A DNA stretch of 64,000 nt from the human T2T-CHM13v2.0 reference genome, Homo sapiens: the NCBI RefSeq assembly GCF_009914755.1, contig NC_060928.1. The stretch is one strand, 5' to 3'. Positions 17,085 to 29,959 of this stretch are shown here, in pieces; positions within the stretch are counted from its first letter, which is position 1; each line of letters starts with the position of its first letter. The position numbers were made by a program, and so were the translations under genes. Below the pieces are notes generated by a model. It had not been told where the DNA came from. It searched no databases and worked only from the letters and a program-made list of their open reading frames with translations.

Positions 17085-17378
17085 TTTCTTTTTTTTTTTT
17101 GAGACGGAGTTTTGCTCTTGTTGCCAAGGCTGGGGTGCAATGGTGCTTGGCTCACCACAACCTCTGCCTCCCAGGTTCAAGCAATTCTCCTGCCTCAGCC
17201 TCCCAAGTAGCTGGGATTACAGACGCCCGCCACCACGCCCAGCTAATTTTTTGTATTTTTAATAGAGATGGGTTTTCACCATGTTAGCAAGGATGGTCTC
17301 AATCTCCTGACCTTGTAATCTGCCTGCCTCGGCCTCCCAAAGTGCTAGGATTACAGGCATGAGCCACTGTGCCTGGCC
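17085..17378 (-). mobile_element. Alu, mosaic AluSp right arm and AluY/Sc left arm
   Basis: Full dimer; TSD CCACTCAGACTTT at 17075-17087 and 17380-17392. Confidence 0.9.
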
Positions 17379-17529
17379 TCCACTCAGACTTTTTAAACAA
17401 GCTATATAAGCTCAATCCTTGTTTTAGACTCTTCTCAAGCTCAGATTTTCACTGATTATCAGTTCATACTTGGCTGAGACTAGGATTCCTGAATCCTCAA
17501 CCTCCTTCCATAATTACAGCCACCCCCAG

Positions 17530-17778
17530 AGACTCAAGACCAACTTATCCATTACAGGGTCTAGTGTCCAAAATATGTTTAGAAGTTCAGAAAATGTTTT
17601 TATTTATTTTAAGATCAAAGAGAAAAATATTTTAGGTCCTAAAAATTTAAAAATAATATAAATATATTTGTCCTTACACCAACACGTCATAAAATATAAT
17701 TTTTAATACTTTTTATAGAGGAAGAGGGTCAATAAAGTCAATAGTACCTAAGGCCCATTAAAATCATGATTTAGCCCT
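17530..17778. mobile_element. hAT-type MITE relic, family uncertain
   Basis: AT-rich core GAAAATGTTTT..ACCAACACGTCATAAAATATAATTTT ending ..GCCCT; recalled similarity only. Confidence 0.35.
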
Positions 17779-18749
17779 ACTGAGTGCCTGAAAAGTGATT
17801 TGGGCACAGACAACAAGGAAAAGGAGCAGAATTGTCTCATTACCCTGGAGTCTCAATGGAGCCCTTGGTGAGAGAGCTGAACCATGTGAGCAATTCAAGT
17901 AGTGCTTTTGTCCCTCTTGTCTAAGGGACTGTATCACGACCAGACCGAAACTTCTCTCACTCTTTTTTCTCAGGTGTTTATGGTGACTGTCAGCAACCCA
18001 CTTCACCTCACCATCTACCAAATAAAATTGCTTCTATTACTAGTAACTAACAACAAGTTTCATACTCTAATCCCTCACCTCTTTACATGCAAACAGCAGC
18101 ATATTAAATGATATTTCTCAGATGGGCCCATTGCTCCAAGTCAGATGCATGGCCCTTCACAAAGTTCACACCCATGGTCTCAAGTGAACAGGGCAAACTG
18201 GGCAACAACCTCTTCAGACCTAGGGAAAGACCCAAAAATCACCCTCCTAACCTAACTGGAAAACACAGAACACTCCCTTATAGCAGGTGAGTGTCACACA
18301 ATCCATTCACAGAATAGAAGTGGGTAAATCCATGCTTGCTTATATTTCCAAACATGTTTAGAGCCATCATGTACGAGCAGAATGCATTCCGGGGCAAAGG
18401 GGAAAATGGAAAAGTTCAGAAATCCATCTAGAAGAAATAGGATCCGGTAAGTTACAAAATGAAAAATGTTCGAACATCACATCACTGTAAGATTGGTTAC
18501 TAAAACCTGCTCTCTGTAAATGTGCATCCAAGCTGATATTTGGTCCAACTGGGTCACAAGCAAAGGCAGACAGTGAGAATTTGAAATCCTTTGAACACAT
18601 GGAATCCACAAATGAAGAATTGTTTGTTGAGATAAAAATTTGAACTTGCTCATGATTATAGACTACTAATAACACAATTATAAATATAACCAAAATATCC
18701 AAAAGCAAAGGAGCATACGAACAAAGGAAAACAGAGACAAAGACCATGT

Positions 18750-19210
18750 CCCTACTATGGTCAAAAACCTGCAGTAGTTTCTCATTTCCCTCAGAGTGAA
18801 AGCCAAGTTCTTTGCCATGTCCCGCACTGTGCCCACAGTCTGGCCCACTTCACAGCTCTGAGCTCATCTCTCCTGGCACAGCTCCAACCACACTCACCTC
18901 CTTGCTGTTCCTCAAATATGTCAAGCATGCCCTGCCTCAGGGCCCTTGCAAGGAGTGTTCCTGCTGCCTGGAATTCTCTTCCCCAAGGTACCCACTGGGC
19001 TACTCCCTCATCTCCTTCAAGTCTTCGCTCCAATGTCACCTTCTCAGGTGGCCCTCTCCCTAACCATTATTGACTTATTACACTATCTCCTTGTGCAACA
19101 ACAAAGGTCAAGACCACAGACTTTTTCCAGTTGGCTCATAGATGGTTCCCAAGCACCTAGGATAGGGCCTGATACATAGGACATAATGAATAACTATTTG
19201 TTGAATGACC
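18750..19210 (+). mobile_element. L2a 3' end
   Basis: CCTCCTTGCTGTTCCTCAAA..CCTCAGGGCCCTTGCA..AATGTCACCTTCTCAG; ends TATTTGTTGAATGA. Confidence 0.85.
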
Positions 19211-19398
19211 AAAACAAGACTAAAAACAATAATTTAGCTATATAAAAAGACCAAGGTGAGTAATCCTGGAATAATTCAAGAAATTTTGATGGGATTTAAT
19301 AATTTACAAAAATTAAGTACATCTGATTAGCATTTCAACAGGAGAAAGGTGATTTCTCAAACTAATATTTTAAGAAAACTTCAGCAAGCGATAGTATA

Positions 19399-19742
19399 CA
19401 GTCATCCCCACAGTATCTATGGGGGACTGGTTCCAGGATGCCCCATGGATACCAGAATCCATGATGCACAAATCCCTTATATAAAATGGTGTGCTATTTG
19501 CATATAACATACACACATCCTCCTGTATATTTTAAATTATTTCTAGATTACTTATAATATCTAATACAATGTGAAAGTTATGTAAATAGTTGTTCCATTG
19601 CATTGTTTAGGGTAAAATGACAAGAAAAAGTCTGTATATGTTCAGTACAGACACGACTATTTATTTATTTTTTCTAAATATTTTCTCTCTGCAGTTGGTT
19701 GAATCCATACATGCAGAACCCACAGATATGGAAAGCCAAATG
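19399..19742 (+). mobile_element. MER2 (TcMar-Tigger MITE)
   Basis: TA|CAGTCATCCC..GGGGGACTGGTTCCAGGA..CCCTTATATAAAATGG..GTTGGTTGAATCC. Confidence 0.88.
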
Positions 19743-20284
19743 TGTATCCAGGAGTATTATCTGTATGGGCCATTGAATACATAGAACTTAATGTGACTTA
19801 AAACATTATATTATAAATTAATTTAGCATCTAAATGTATGTTAAATTATAAGCGGACTCTTATTTTTTAAATAAACAAATAATCATGATTCTGCTATAAT
19901 GTTTTCTTTTACTTGTCTGATTTTCACTCAGGGACTCACTAGCTATACAGTTAGTGAAAAAGTATCACCCAGAACCTGACATTTTCTCTTCAACATGCCC
20001 AGCTTTAAGGACAGTCTCCTTTCTGCCACGGATCAATTCAGGAAGTACAAAGTCACAGGATTTAGGTGAGAAGAAGGAACATAAGCTTGAGAGAAGGCTG
20101 ATTTTGCAGAGCTAAAAAGTTGCAACTTTTAAATTTTTTGGCATCTATTTAACCATATCACTACATGAAGTGTATTTGGTATACTATAATTAAATGTTGA
20201 GTCCTTGTTGTGTTTGGGAGAAGTCATCCAACAATTTCTAGAAAAGCAGACTGATGCTTAAAAGCCTTCAGCCACAAGAAACAA

Positions 20285-20712
<428 letters not shown>

Positions 20713-21451
20713 TAGAAGAGAAAGGGCTGCCCAAATCCAACAAAAGCTACCCAAAGTGGTTATTCATCTCTCTCCCATGTGTGTAAGCTTCACGAAGGAA
20801 AGAACTGTATCTGTCTTATCACTGCATCTCATGATTTACATATGGTTGGCTTTCATTAAATAGTTGTTGAATGAATGAATGGTTCAAAAAAAGGAACCAA
20901 TCACTGCTCTCTGGGTTCAAGATGGGAAATAACTACAAACTAAACACTGAGCACCTTCTCATAATTCTAAAATATACATTTACAATTTCTGTCCTTTTTT
21001 GATTCATTATTAAATCTCATTAATATTTCTTGTATTTTTCTGAATTGCTTACTTTTGTCTTTTGGAATAACTTAATTCTTTTATCTTTTTCATTCATTCA
21101 ACAAATATTTATTCATCCTGAGCCAAACTCCCTCCTACAGAGAATAATGAAAGAACAAATGCCTTAAAAACAGACTTGCAGATCTAAATACCTATTCCAC
21201 CAATCTCCAGTGAAGTGGCTTCAAGCAACCTGCCTAGCTTCTCCTAGCCTCAGCAACTATAAATGAAATCATTGAAGTACACAGTTTGAGGACTAATTGA
21301 GATCATGAATATATACCATAGGTATTTCATAAGTTTTCATTGTACTCCCTGCTTCCATTACTTATTTAAATGGAGAAATTTAATATCTGATGAGCAAATT
21401 CAATTCAAGCTCCCAGAAATCAGAAAATGTCAGCCTGAGAGAACTCTTCTA

Positions 21452-21840
21452 ATGGCAGAGACCATGCTATGTGTCATGTTGATCCCAATTCATTTTCCTC
21501 TGGGAACACAGGAAGACTACATTTCTCAGTTCTCGTAGTCAGTGGGTCATGGAGCTTAGTTCTGGCCACCGGAATGTCGGAGACGTGACATTTGCCACTT
21601 CCAGGCCTGGTCTGCAACTGAAGCCCAGATGCAGGGAATTTAATGGAGGAATCCAAACCCCAATAAGATGGTAGAGGCGTGGAATGGAAGGAGTCTAGGG
21701 CCCTAAATTTCTGCATGGAGTGGATAGACCCTTCCGCTTTCACTAACCTGCAACAAATTGTGGTATATAAACTGTACAATTTGGGACTTGTTTGGTTATG
21801 TTTTCTTTCTACAGCAGTTAGCCTACCTTGAATAATTCAT
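21452..21840 (+). mobile_element. MLT1J-like LTR
   Basis: GGAAGACTACATTTCTCAG, AGTTCTGGCCACCGGAATGT, CCACTTCCAGGCCTGG, ATGGAAGGAGTCTAGGGCCC. Confidence 0.7.
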
Positions 21841-24609
21841 CCCACAAACCCACACCCTAGCCCTAAAACTGAAAACCTAGAAACAGATTAATATTATACT
21901 TTATCGGTTCTGTCACTAAAGTTTTTGAGAGCTAAGACTGGTTCTTAACTTCTTGGTACCCAAGTCAGCACTTAATACAATGCCCTAAATAAATGAGCTG
22001 CATATTAGCTCTATGTGTATTGAATATTGCCACAAGAAAGGATTAAATATACCTACATAATTATATTTACACAAAGATATATTTTAAACAAAGTCCACCA
22101 TCTATACACTATCTATTTTAATTTAAAAATAAACCTTATTTTCTGAAATCATTCCAGTTTAGGAAACAACTAAGATGAGATGAACATTCAAATGGCAATA
22201 AGAATATGACAACTGTTTTCCCAGTCACTTGTGAGAGAAGGTCTAGCGTGGGGAGGAGGAAGTTATAGGGCGTCAGTAAGAATCACAGTGGTGTTTTGAC
22301 ACTGAATCCTGAACTTCAAAATCCATAACACTTCTCTGTCTCACTGAGTCCTGGAGGATCATTTCTCCCTGGATTATGTTTTCCAACCAATTCTGTTATT
22401 GCCACTGTCATTTCTATTCTTCCTTCCAGCAGTCATGCTTCTACCATTGCTGGCCAACTTGTTAAGCAATTCTCATATTTCACTTTTGTTGGTGGTCTCT
22501 TTCCAGCAAACAAGCATCCATTCCCCAAGTGTATAGAAGTATTTGCTTGAGCACTAAATAATTGTTTATTTCAATTTTTATGGTTCTTTCCCTGATGAAA
22601 CTTGAGACACATTTACGCATAGCTATGTTAGAGAATATTTGTTACTGATGCCCTCAACAACATTTCTCTCCAATAGCAATCAAACGATATCCAAGCTCTG
22701 GGACCTGTAAGCTATCTCCAGCTAAGGCTCCTACATATGGGTCATATTTCTGCCAGAAACCAGTAGTCAATATTTGTCTCCCTTTATTGTTTAATTGCTT
22801 GAACCCCAGTGGCCTCGGCGCCTGCCGTTAATTTTTTATGTAAATTTTGTTAAGTATAGCATATATTCAGAAAGGTACACACAACACAAGTGTCCAGTGT
22901 GGTTAATTAGTTGACTAGTTAGTTACCTAGTTAGTTTTCTTTCTCCAGAAGTCTTGGAGACTCCTTTGCAGAAAGAAGTCCTGCTAACAGTCCCTGATAT
23001 CCTAACATCTTTGATGTGAGCAGGAAGATTCTCTAGGCTCCTCTACTCCCTCTCACACATATTCCCACAAACTTTTACTACATAAATAATGAATTAGAGG
23101 TAGCATTGCTAATCTATGTCATGGAGACACTTTGAAAGTTTGCTGTTTAGTTTGTATGTATTGATTTTGGTTAAGTAGCATTTCTTATTTACACAAAAGC
23201 ATCTCAGGAATAGAATACATATTGGCACGATGCACAATACTCTAAAGAAGAGAAATCTGCATGGATCGCTAGAGTCATGTTTGTAATGGACTTCAGTCAA
23301 CTAAAGAAAAGGGGCAAGGGGAACTGGCCACACATCAGACCAAGAAATCCTTTCATGTTTCTATCCACATATTTACCCCATGCTGTGCTCCTTCTCACCA
23401 CTGCCTCCAAATAACAAGAGGGAAAGATGCTGAATCCACAGCCAGATGTAAATTTCCACACAGTCAAATCTTCTCTGCCTTCTTAAGCATGTCCATATTT
23501 AAACACTATAAAAACATAAGAATTATTCCAAAAGGTGGTATTCCAATGTTTTGAAGAAGACAGTTGTGCCTATAGGTAATTCACAGGAAAGTGGGTGGTG
23601 ATGGGGAAAAGAAAAAGCATTCTTAGAATGAGCCCTCTACCCTACAATACACAACCAATCATCTCTCTTTTTTTTAAATCTTCAAATTCTGGATTTAATT
23701 AAAATATCAGCCTTTTATTTTCTGAAACTATCTATGAAGTTGGCTTATCCTAGCTGTAATCTTACAACTGTCTATCTTCAGACAGAGCTATAATTCCTAT
23801 TTAAGGAATGCTGTGGAAATTTTTAAATCTCATTCACAATCAAACAATATTTCCTCTTTAATTTTTTCTTTCTCTAGCCAACATATTTCCAAAATTAATA
23901 GGAACAAAACAAGAAAGTCTGAAACAGGCATTATTTTGTAGATTGCTAGATATTTTTTCCCAGAATGTCATTCCCTGAGCCTTTTCTCCCTTTAAAATGC
24001 TATCATTAATTTATTTGCTCCCATGTATGTAACTACATTTAAAAACAAATTATAAAGCTCAATTCTTCACATCTATGCTCTCTCCACACTACCACATCAT
24101 CACTACCATGGTAGCTTTGCAGAGAACAGGCCTGCCAGGATTTTTAACACATTTATACCACTGCTGGAATGTCTGAAAGTACGGATCATATGAGCATCTG
24201 GGGCTCCAAATGTGCGTCGCTCCTCAATATGAAGATGAATCTTTTGGAGCTATGTGTATATCCCTAACAGATTTATTTCACTGCTCTTAGATGAAGGTAA
24301 GTGGATCCTCTTCCCCCACATATCTAATTGTTTTTATAAATTTTCCTGCAAAAAAAGAACTATCTTCTAGCCTAAGTGATTCCATTTCACCATTATTTGG
24401 GTCTAATAATACAAACATGAAAGACAGACCTGGAGTGATCTAACAAAAGACCAGATTTTAGGAAAGAACAGCAGCACCCTCTGAGCAAGCAGGAAATCTG
24501 AATTTATAAGCAAGTATCAACACTCTTAAAACATGCTGCTGAATTTAATTCTAATCTTTTATACATTCACATATAGATTTTAAGTTATGATTATTTAAAA
24601 GTTTTACAG

Positions 24610-25220
24610 AGCAGAGGATTTTTGGAACAGTGAAACTCTTCTGTGGGACACAATAATGGTATGTACATGTCATTATACATTTGTCAAAATTCACAGGATG
24701 TACAACACCAAGCATGAACGCTAATGTAAGTTACAGACTTTGGGTGTGCTATAGACTGACTATTTATGTCCCCCCAAAATTCATGTGTTGAAATCCTCAC
24801 TCCTAAGGTGATAGTATTAAAAGGTGGGGCCTTTGAAAGTCGATTAGGTCATGAGGGTGGAGCTCTCGTGATTGGGATTAGTGCCTTTATAAAAGAGATA
24901 CTAGGGAACTCCATCACCCCTTTCGCTATGCGAGGACACAGCAAGAAGGCAATCATCCATAGATGGTCAGGTAAGGGTCCTCACCAGACAGTAAATCTGC
25001 CAGTGCCTTGATCTTGGAGTTCCCAGCCTCCACAACAATGAGAAATAAAATTCTGTTGTTTATAAACCACTAAGTCTATGGTATTCTAACAGCCAGAAAC
25101 AGATGAAGACAGAGTGATAATTAATGCATCAATGTAGCTTCATTGCTTGTAACAAAGGTACTACTCTGATGCCAGCTCTTGATAATGGGGAAGGCTGTGG
25201 GTATGTGGGGGAAGCAGTAT
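24610..25220 (+). mobile_element. L1MC 3'UTR fragment, interrupted by an MLT1A-type LTR
   Basis: CAGTGAAACT..GTACATGTCATTATACATTTGTCAAAA..CTAATGTAAGTTACAGACTTTGGGTG; resumes at 25112. Confidence 0.8.
24747..25111 (+). mobile_element. MLT1A/MSTD-like solo LTR
   Basis: TG..CA termini; near-perfect TSD GGGTG/GAGTG; GGTCATGAGGGTGGAGCTCTC core. Confidence 0.85.
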
Positions 25221-28200
25221 GACTATTTTTTTTAAGTTTGATATCTGGATATTTTTTCACTTTAACATTAAATCATATGGAATGGATACATAACAGGAAT
25301 GTGGCTTCTCCGGGCTCTCAATCTTCTCTAGTTGGCTGGGGGATCCTATTGTAACTGCATTCATCATCAATACAATCTTGAGCAAATCACTATTTCTGAA
25401 AGTCTCATTTTAAAGGGCTTTTTATTCTTTTCTTACATAATTCCTGCACAAACACCTCTCCTTCTCATTGCATGCCACTTCATTTTCTCTTTGTGGCATC
25501 TTGCCTATCAGAGATAAAATCAGCTTTTCTAAAGCCTACCTTTATTTTTACCAGCATTTTAAAGTCTGTATTAAAAAAAGGAATTACAGACTTAGATAAC
25601 ACTGGTTCCCTTCTCCCCAGTCTTCTCCCACCACCCACCACGCAGTCAGTTCTACAAGCTCCTATCAGAGACAGAATTGTAAAGAGTCCATATTCAATCA
25701 AGCGATTTCTTGGCTGGCACACCCACCTGCCTTTCAGGCCATGAACACCTGTCTCAGTCTCAGTCTGACCTCCTTGCCATTTCCCCAGTGGATCATGACA
25801 CTTTCCCATTTCCATCGCCTTGCCTTTGTCTCTCCTCCTTCCATGCCTTTTAACCCTTTTTACCTGGAAAAAAATGTTTACAACCCCTTACATTTCAACT
25901 TAGCTTTTCAGTGCAACTCTCCTTAACACTCCCTCCCCCAAGATAATATCAATTAACACAATCCTTCTTCTGGTTTATATCACTTGCATTATTGCTTATT
26001 ATATTATACTATGATTAGTTATCCATGCAGCTGTCTTTCCAGTGGACTATAAGAAACTTGGGGCACAACTGACCATAGTCATTTTTGTAGGTCCAAACTT
26101 CTACTTGAGGGGCTGGCATTGAGTAGAAGGCTAGGCTTATTTTATGAAAGTATTCACATAATCAATATCTATGAGTAATTTATCTGACCAAAGAGAAGAG
26201 CCAAGATTCTCTAATCTCACCCATGAAAGGAGCAAATAAAGATTTTTCCTTATTTCTGTCTGGTTGGCTAGAATACATATTTTATTTGTATTACAGTCTT
26301 TCAAGTATATAATATGACCTTTTCTTTCCTCATCAATTTAGTTTAGAATAGCACAGTTTTTTCCCTTGTATATGAAGGTCTGAAGAATTGGATATATCTT
26401 TGGAGTTAAAGGTTGGCCCTGTCTGAAAATGGCAATGTAAACTTGAACAATGATTATTCCCAAAATTTCATCCATCTATTCAGTCACTCAAACATTTTAT
26501 ATCTTCCATATGGAACAAATAAAGTTCTTCTTTTTATCCATTAATTTTACACCAGATATAGAGAACAGGACTATTTAGATCAAGCTCACAAGTAGAGTAC
26601 AAAATGCCTCCGAAAATCCAAAATTTTATGAAAATTTTAACATTAGCCAGATCTAAATCTCATGAGTTCCACAAGAATCAGCCCCTGCAGCACTCACTAA
26701 ATAATGCTTTCCTCCAGCAGCCTGAAGCCAAAACCAGACTAATGGTTTTTAGGAAGGAGTAGTAATTTCAGAAGATGGGAAAATATGAGGAAATATGATG
26801 ATCTACTGAATGTTATCCTCCATTGCTGCCACCAACACTATTCACCCCCCATTCACCCACTGTCACACACACAAACACATGCCTTCATATAACTCTCCTG
26901 AGCAAGGCTGCCGTCAGAGGCATGTATCAGTAGTTACAGTAGTTTTCCAGCCTTGCTTATATACTACAGAAACCAGGTTAAATGGGGGCGGCCAGGTTCC
27001 AAAAATTTTCCTGACTTACAGAAACTTTTGTTTCCAGAAACCCATGTGGAAAAGACATCAGGTTGAAACATGTCAGAGTTTGATGGGAAACCCATTGAGC
27101 TGGCAGCCACTGGACCTGAATTCTCATGCTGGTTCTGCCATGGTGAACTTTAGCACATCTCTTTTTATTTCTAGATCTCAGTTCACTCATCTACCATAGA
27201 ACATAATTTCCAAGATTGTGTTTATTTGCACTGGGGTACACACACTTCTCAAGGTACATGCACATGTGCTAGGTGCAAAATAAGTAAGAATATAACTTGG
27301 AGTTTTCCAAAGTTACAAGATTTTTAAAGAAAAAACAGTAGACATCAAAGACATAGTATGCTCATTCTGGGTGGAACTTTCTCTGTGCCCCCAAACATCT
27401 GGTGAATATGCTCTTTTTCCTCTGCTGTTAGAAGTCCTTTCGTCAAAATGATGGCAAAATACTGATAAATGCTTTCCAAAGTCCTTTCTATATATTTTCA
27501 TCCTATGATTCTCTGAATTAAATGGCAAACAGCCAGTTTGCCAGTTTGATTTAAACCATGGTTGTAATTTACTACTTAAACACAATGCTTTGCATGTAAA
27601 GAAGTTAAAATTCCAAAGTAATATCACAATCCAAACTCAAATGTCCTGTCTTGGTGGTGAGGGAAAATAGAGATATAAGAGAGAAAATTCTTGCAAGAGT
27701 GCACCTGATTCTTCACAGGTGAGAAAGAAAAGCAGAAGTGAGAAGAAAAGATAATATGTTGAACTAGCCTGAAAATGTGGCTGGGACAAAATGGAAATCC
27801 CCCAGAGAGAAGAAGCAGAGAAGGTGTTCCCGTGAGGGGAAAGGAATCACCTTCTCCCCGCAAGAGTGTTCAAAAACTACATTCTAGTAAATATAGCCTA
27901 GGTAGTTCGATTACTTTGGTTCTGGAAGTCTGAGAAATAAAAGCTATGAAGAGTAAAATAAATTTTTCATAGAGAGCTTCTCCAAATTATGCTTCTCTCC
28001 TTGTCCATGTTTCATATGCACAGATTACTATAATCATAAATCTTGGTATAAGCCACTCAGTCTTCATTTCATTACTTTGTGGAGAATATGATGCTTTTTG
28101 AATACCGTGACTCACCATAATACATCCGGCTGATTCCAATATGTCTTTCAAAACCAAGAATGTAAATCCCCACAGAAAAATACAGTATGTTTAGGTCTTT

Positions 28201-29832
28201 TATCTTGGCAACCTCCATCAGCCAAGAAGAGTATGTCCCATTGTCCCATTGTCATTCGTCAGGATGCTTAGACTTTTATAAAGTGGGAGTTTTCAGAAGA
28301 AACATATCTAAATTAAGACCCACAAAATGAAGACGCATTTTTAGGGAGACATATATATGGGAAATATTTTCTTACATTTTAATTTCTGCTAACATTTTGA
28401 TAATGGGGTTTGTGTCATAAATACTAAACAAGGAACCAGTTTAAAGACTGCACTCATATGAGGGAACACTATTGTAGTCAAAGCCTTCCTTATAGGCAGA
28501 ACTGAAATTCAGCTGCATGACACGTGACAACACAGTCATTTGTATATATTAAGAAAAATGAATGAGAAGAATAGTGCACTGAATAGATTACCCATGATTT
28601 ATGAAAAGAAGGAACCATTATCTGCTATCAAATTTACAAACTTAGCATATTCCATGTGCCTCATTGTTTCACCTATTTATTAAAATGAAGATGAGAAAGG
28701 AAAAACGGAAGACAACAATTTTCTTTATGGCAGAGATGGATGTTGTAAAAGGGCTGGTAAAATAATTAGAACAGATACATTCACAACAAACTACAAACTT
28801 CTATTTTGTGCACATAGTTCTAGTGCACCTGGAGAAGAAAGCATTCCAAAGCCTTGGCTGTAGTGTTTTCTAAGGAGAACAATAAAGTTCTGAAACCTTC
28901 ACTGGGCTCTCCAAACAATTCAGGGTGTTGCCTTTGATCTTCCAAGCCCCAATATCATTTGGGTTCAGGTTTCCATAGAAACTGCCTTTATGTACCACCA
29001 TGCCTGTTTCAGCTGTCCAAAGAACAGCTGCCAAGAGGCCTTAGGTGTGAATACCAAAGGCTGTAAGCAACACATTTTCCATGGAGAAATTCCATCTTTG
29101 GAATTCACTTTTTCAGTTGGTTTCACCAAGTGCAGTATATTGGCCTTCAGGCCATAGAATAAAGCCCAATTACCTGGTACTTATGGGACTATTTGCTGGT
29201 AAAATAAACATCAAGTCACAATCTTATTAAGATGGAATAAGTAGCATGGCCTAAATTCTCAAAATTCTCTGACTTCCTTCTGAATTGCTCCAAGCATGCC
29301 AATGTGTGTTGAAACTATAATTAAGTCTTCCCGCTTCTCTGTGAAAAAAATTCAAGTCTGCCTAAATAATAAAGATTATTTTGCAGATGCAGGGTGTTTT
29401 ATAACAATTGGCAGTGCATTTAAAAATAAATAAATAAAGCTCTCAGAATTAGAACATTTATTTGTGTTGCAAATCTAGAGAGCTCAGGTAGAAACACAGA
29501 AAATTCCACCAAATGAACTGGTTTATGGAGATACCAAGGGAATGATCAACCTCTTTCTCCAACGCATGGGAGCACAGTTTGCAGTTCAGTCTGAGAATAG
29601 CCCACCATCTTCAACAAATAGATATTTTGCCATGACAAAGGGAAGTATTAAGTATCTAAATCTCAATCAAAGAGAAAATCTCATCCTTTCTCAACAATAG
29701 GGCTTTAAAAGTGTTCTTTGGTTGCAACCTTGTACCAGTAAATGAATAAATAAATAAATAAATAAACACAACCTCTGAGAAAAAAATGTAATTAAAAAAA
29801 AACCAAGCTTATTCATCAAAGCTCAAACAGTA

Positions 29833-29886
29833 CTATATTTAGGCATTCCTGTAGAAAGCACAATGAGCTAACAAGAGAGGCAGCTG
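29833..29886. promoter_or_regulatory. Candidate muscle-type enhancer motifs: MEF2, TEAD/MCAT, E-box
   Basis: CTATATTTAG 29833-29842, CATTCCT 29844-29850, CAGCTG 29881-29886 in non-repeat DNA; motif-only evidence. Confidence 0.4.
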
Positions 29887-29959
29887 ACTATTCTGCAGAA
29901 AATGGGCTAAGCCTCAAAAAGTATCACAGAAAAAAATAAAACATTCATTTAACATTTTT

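Noticed and set aside
23796-23810. CArG box next to GGAATG
   Set aside because: CCTATTTAAGG has 7 rather than 6 A/T between CC and GG.
27313-27627. 104-aa minus-strand ORF in the repeat-poor island
   Set aside because: No recognisable homology or flanking splice signals in any frame.
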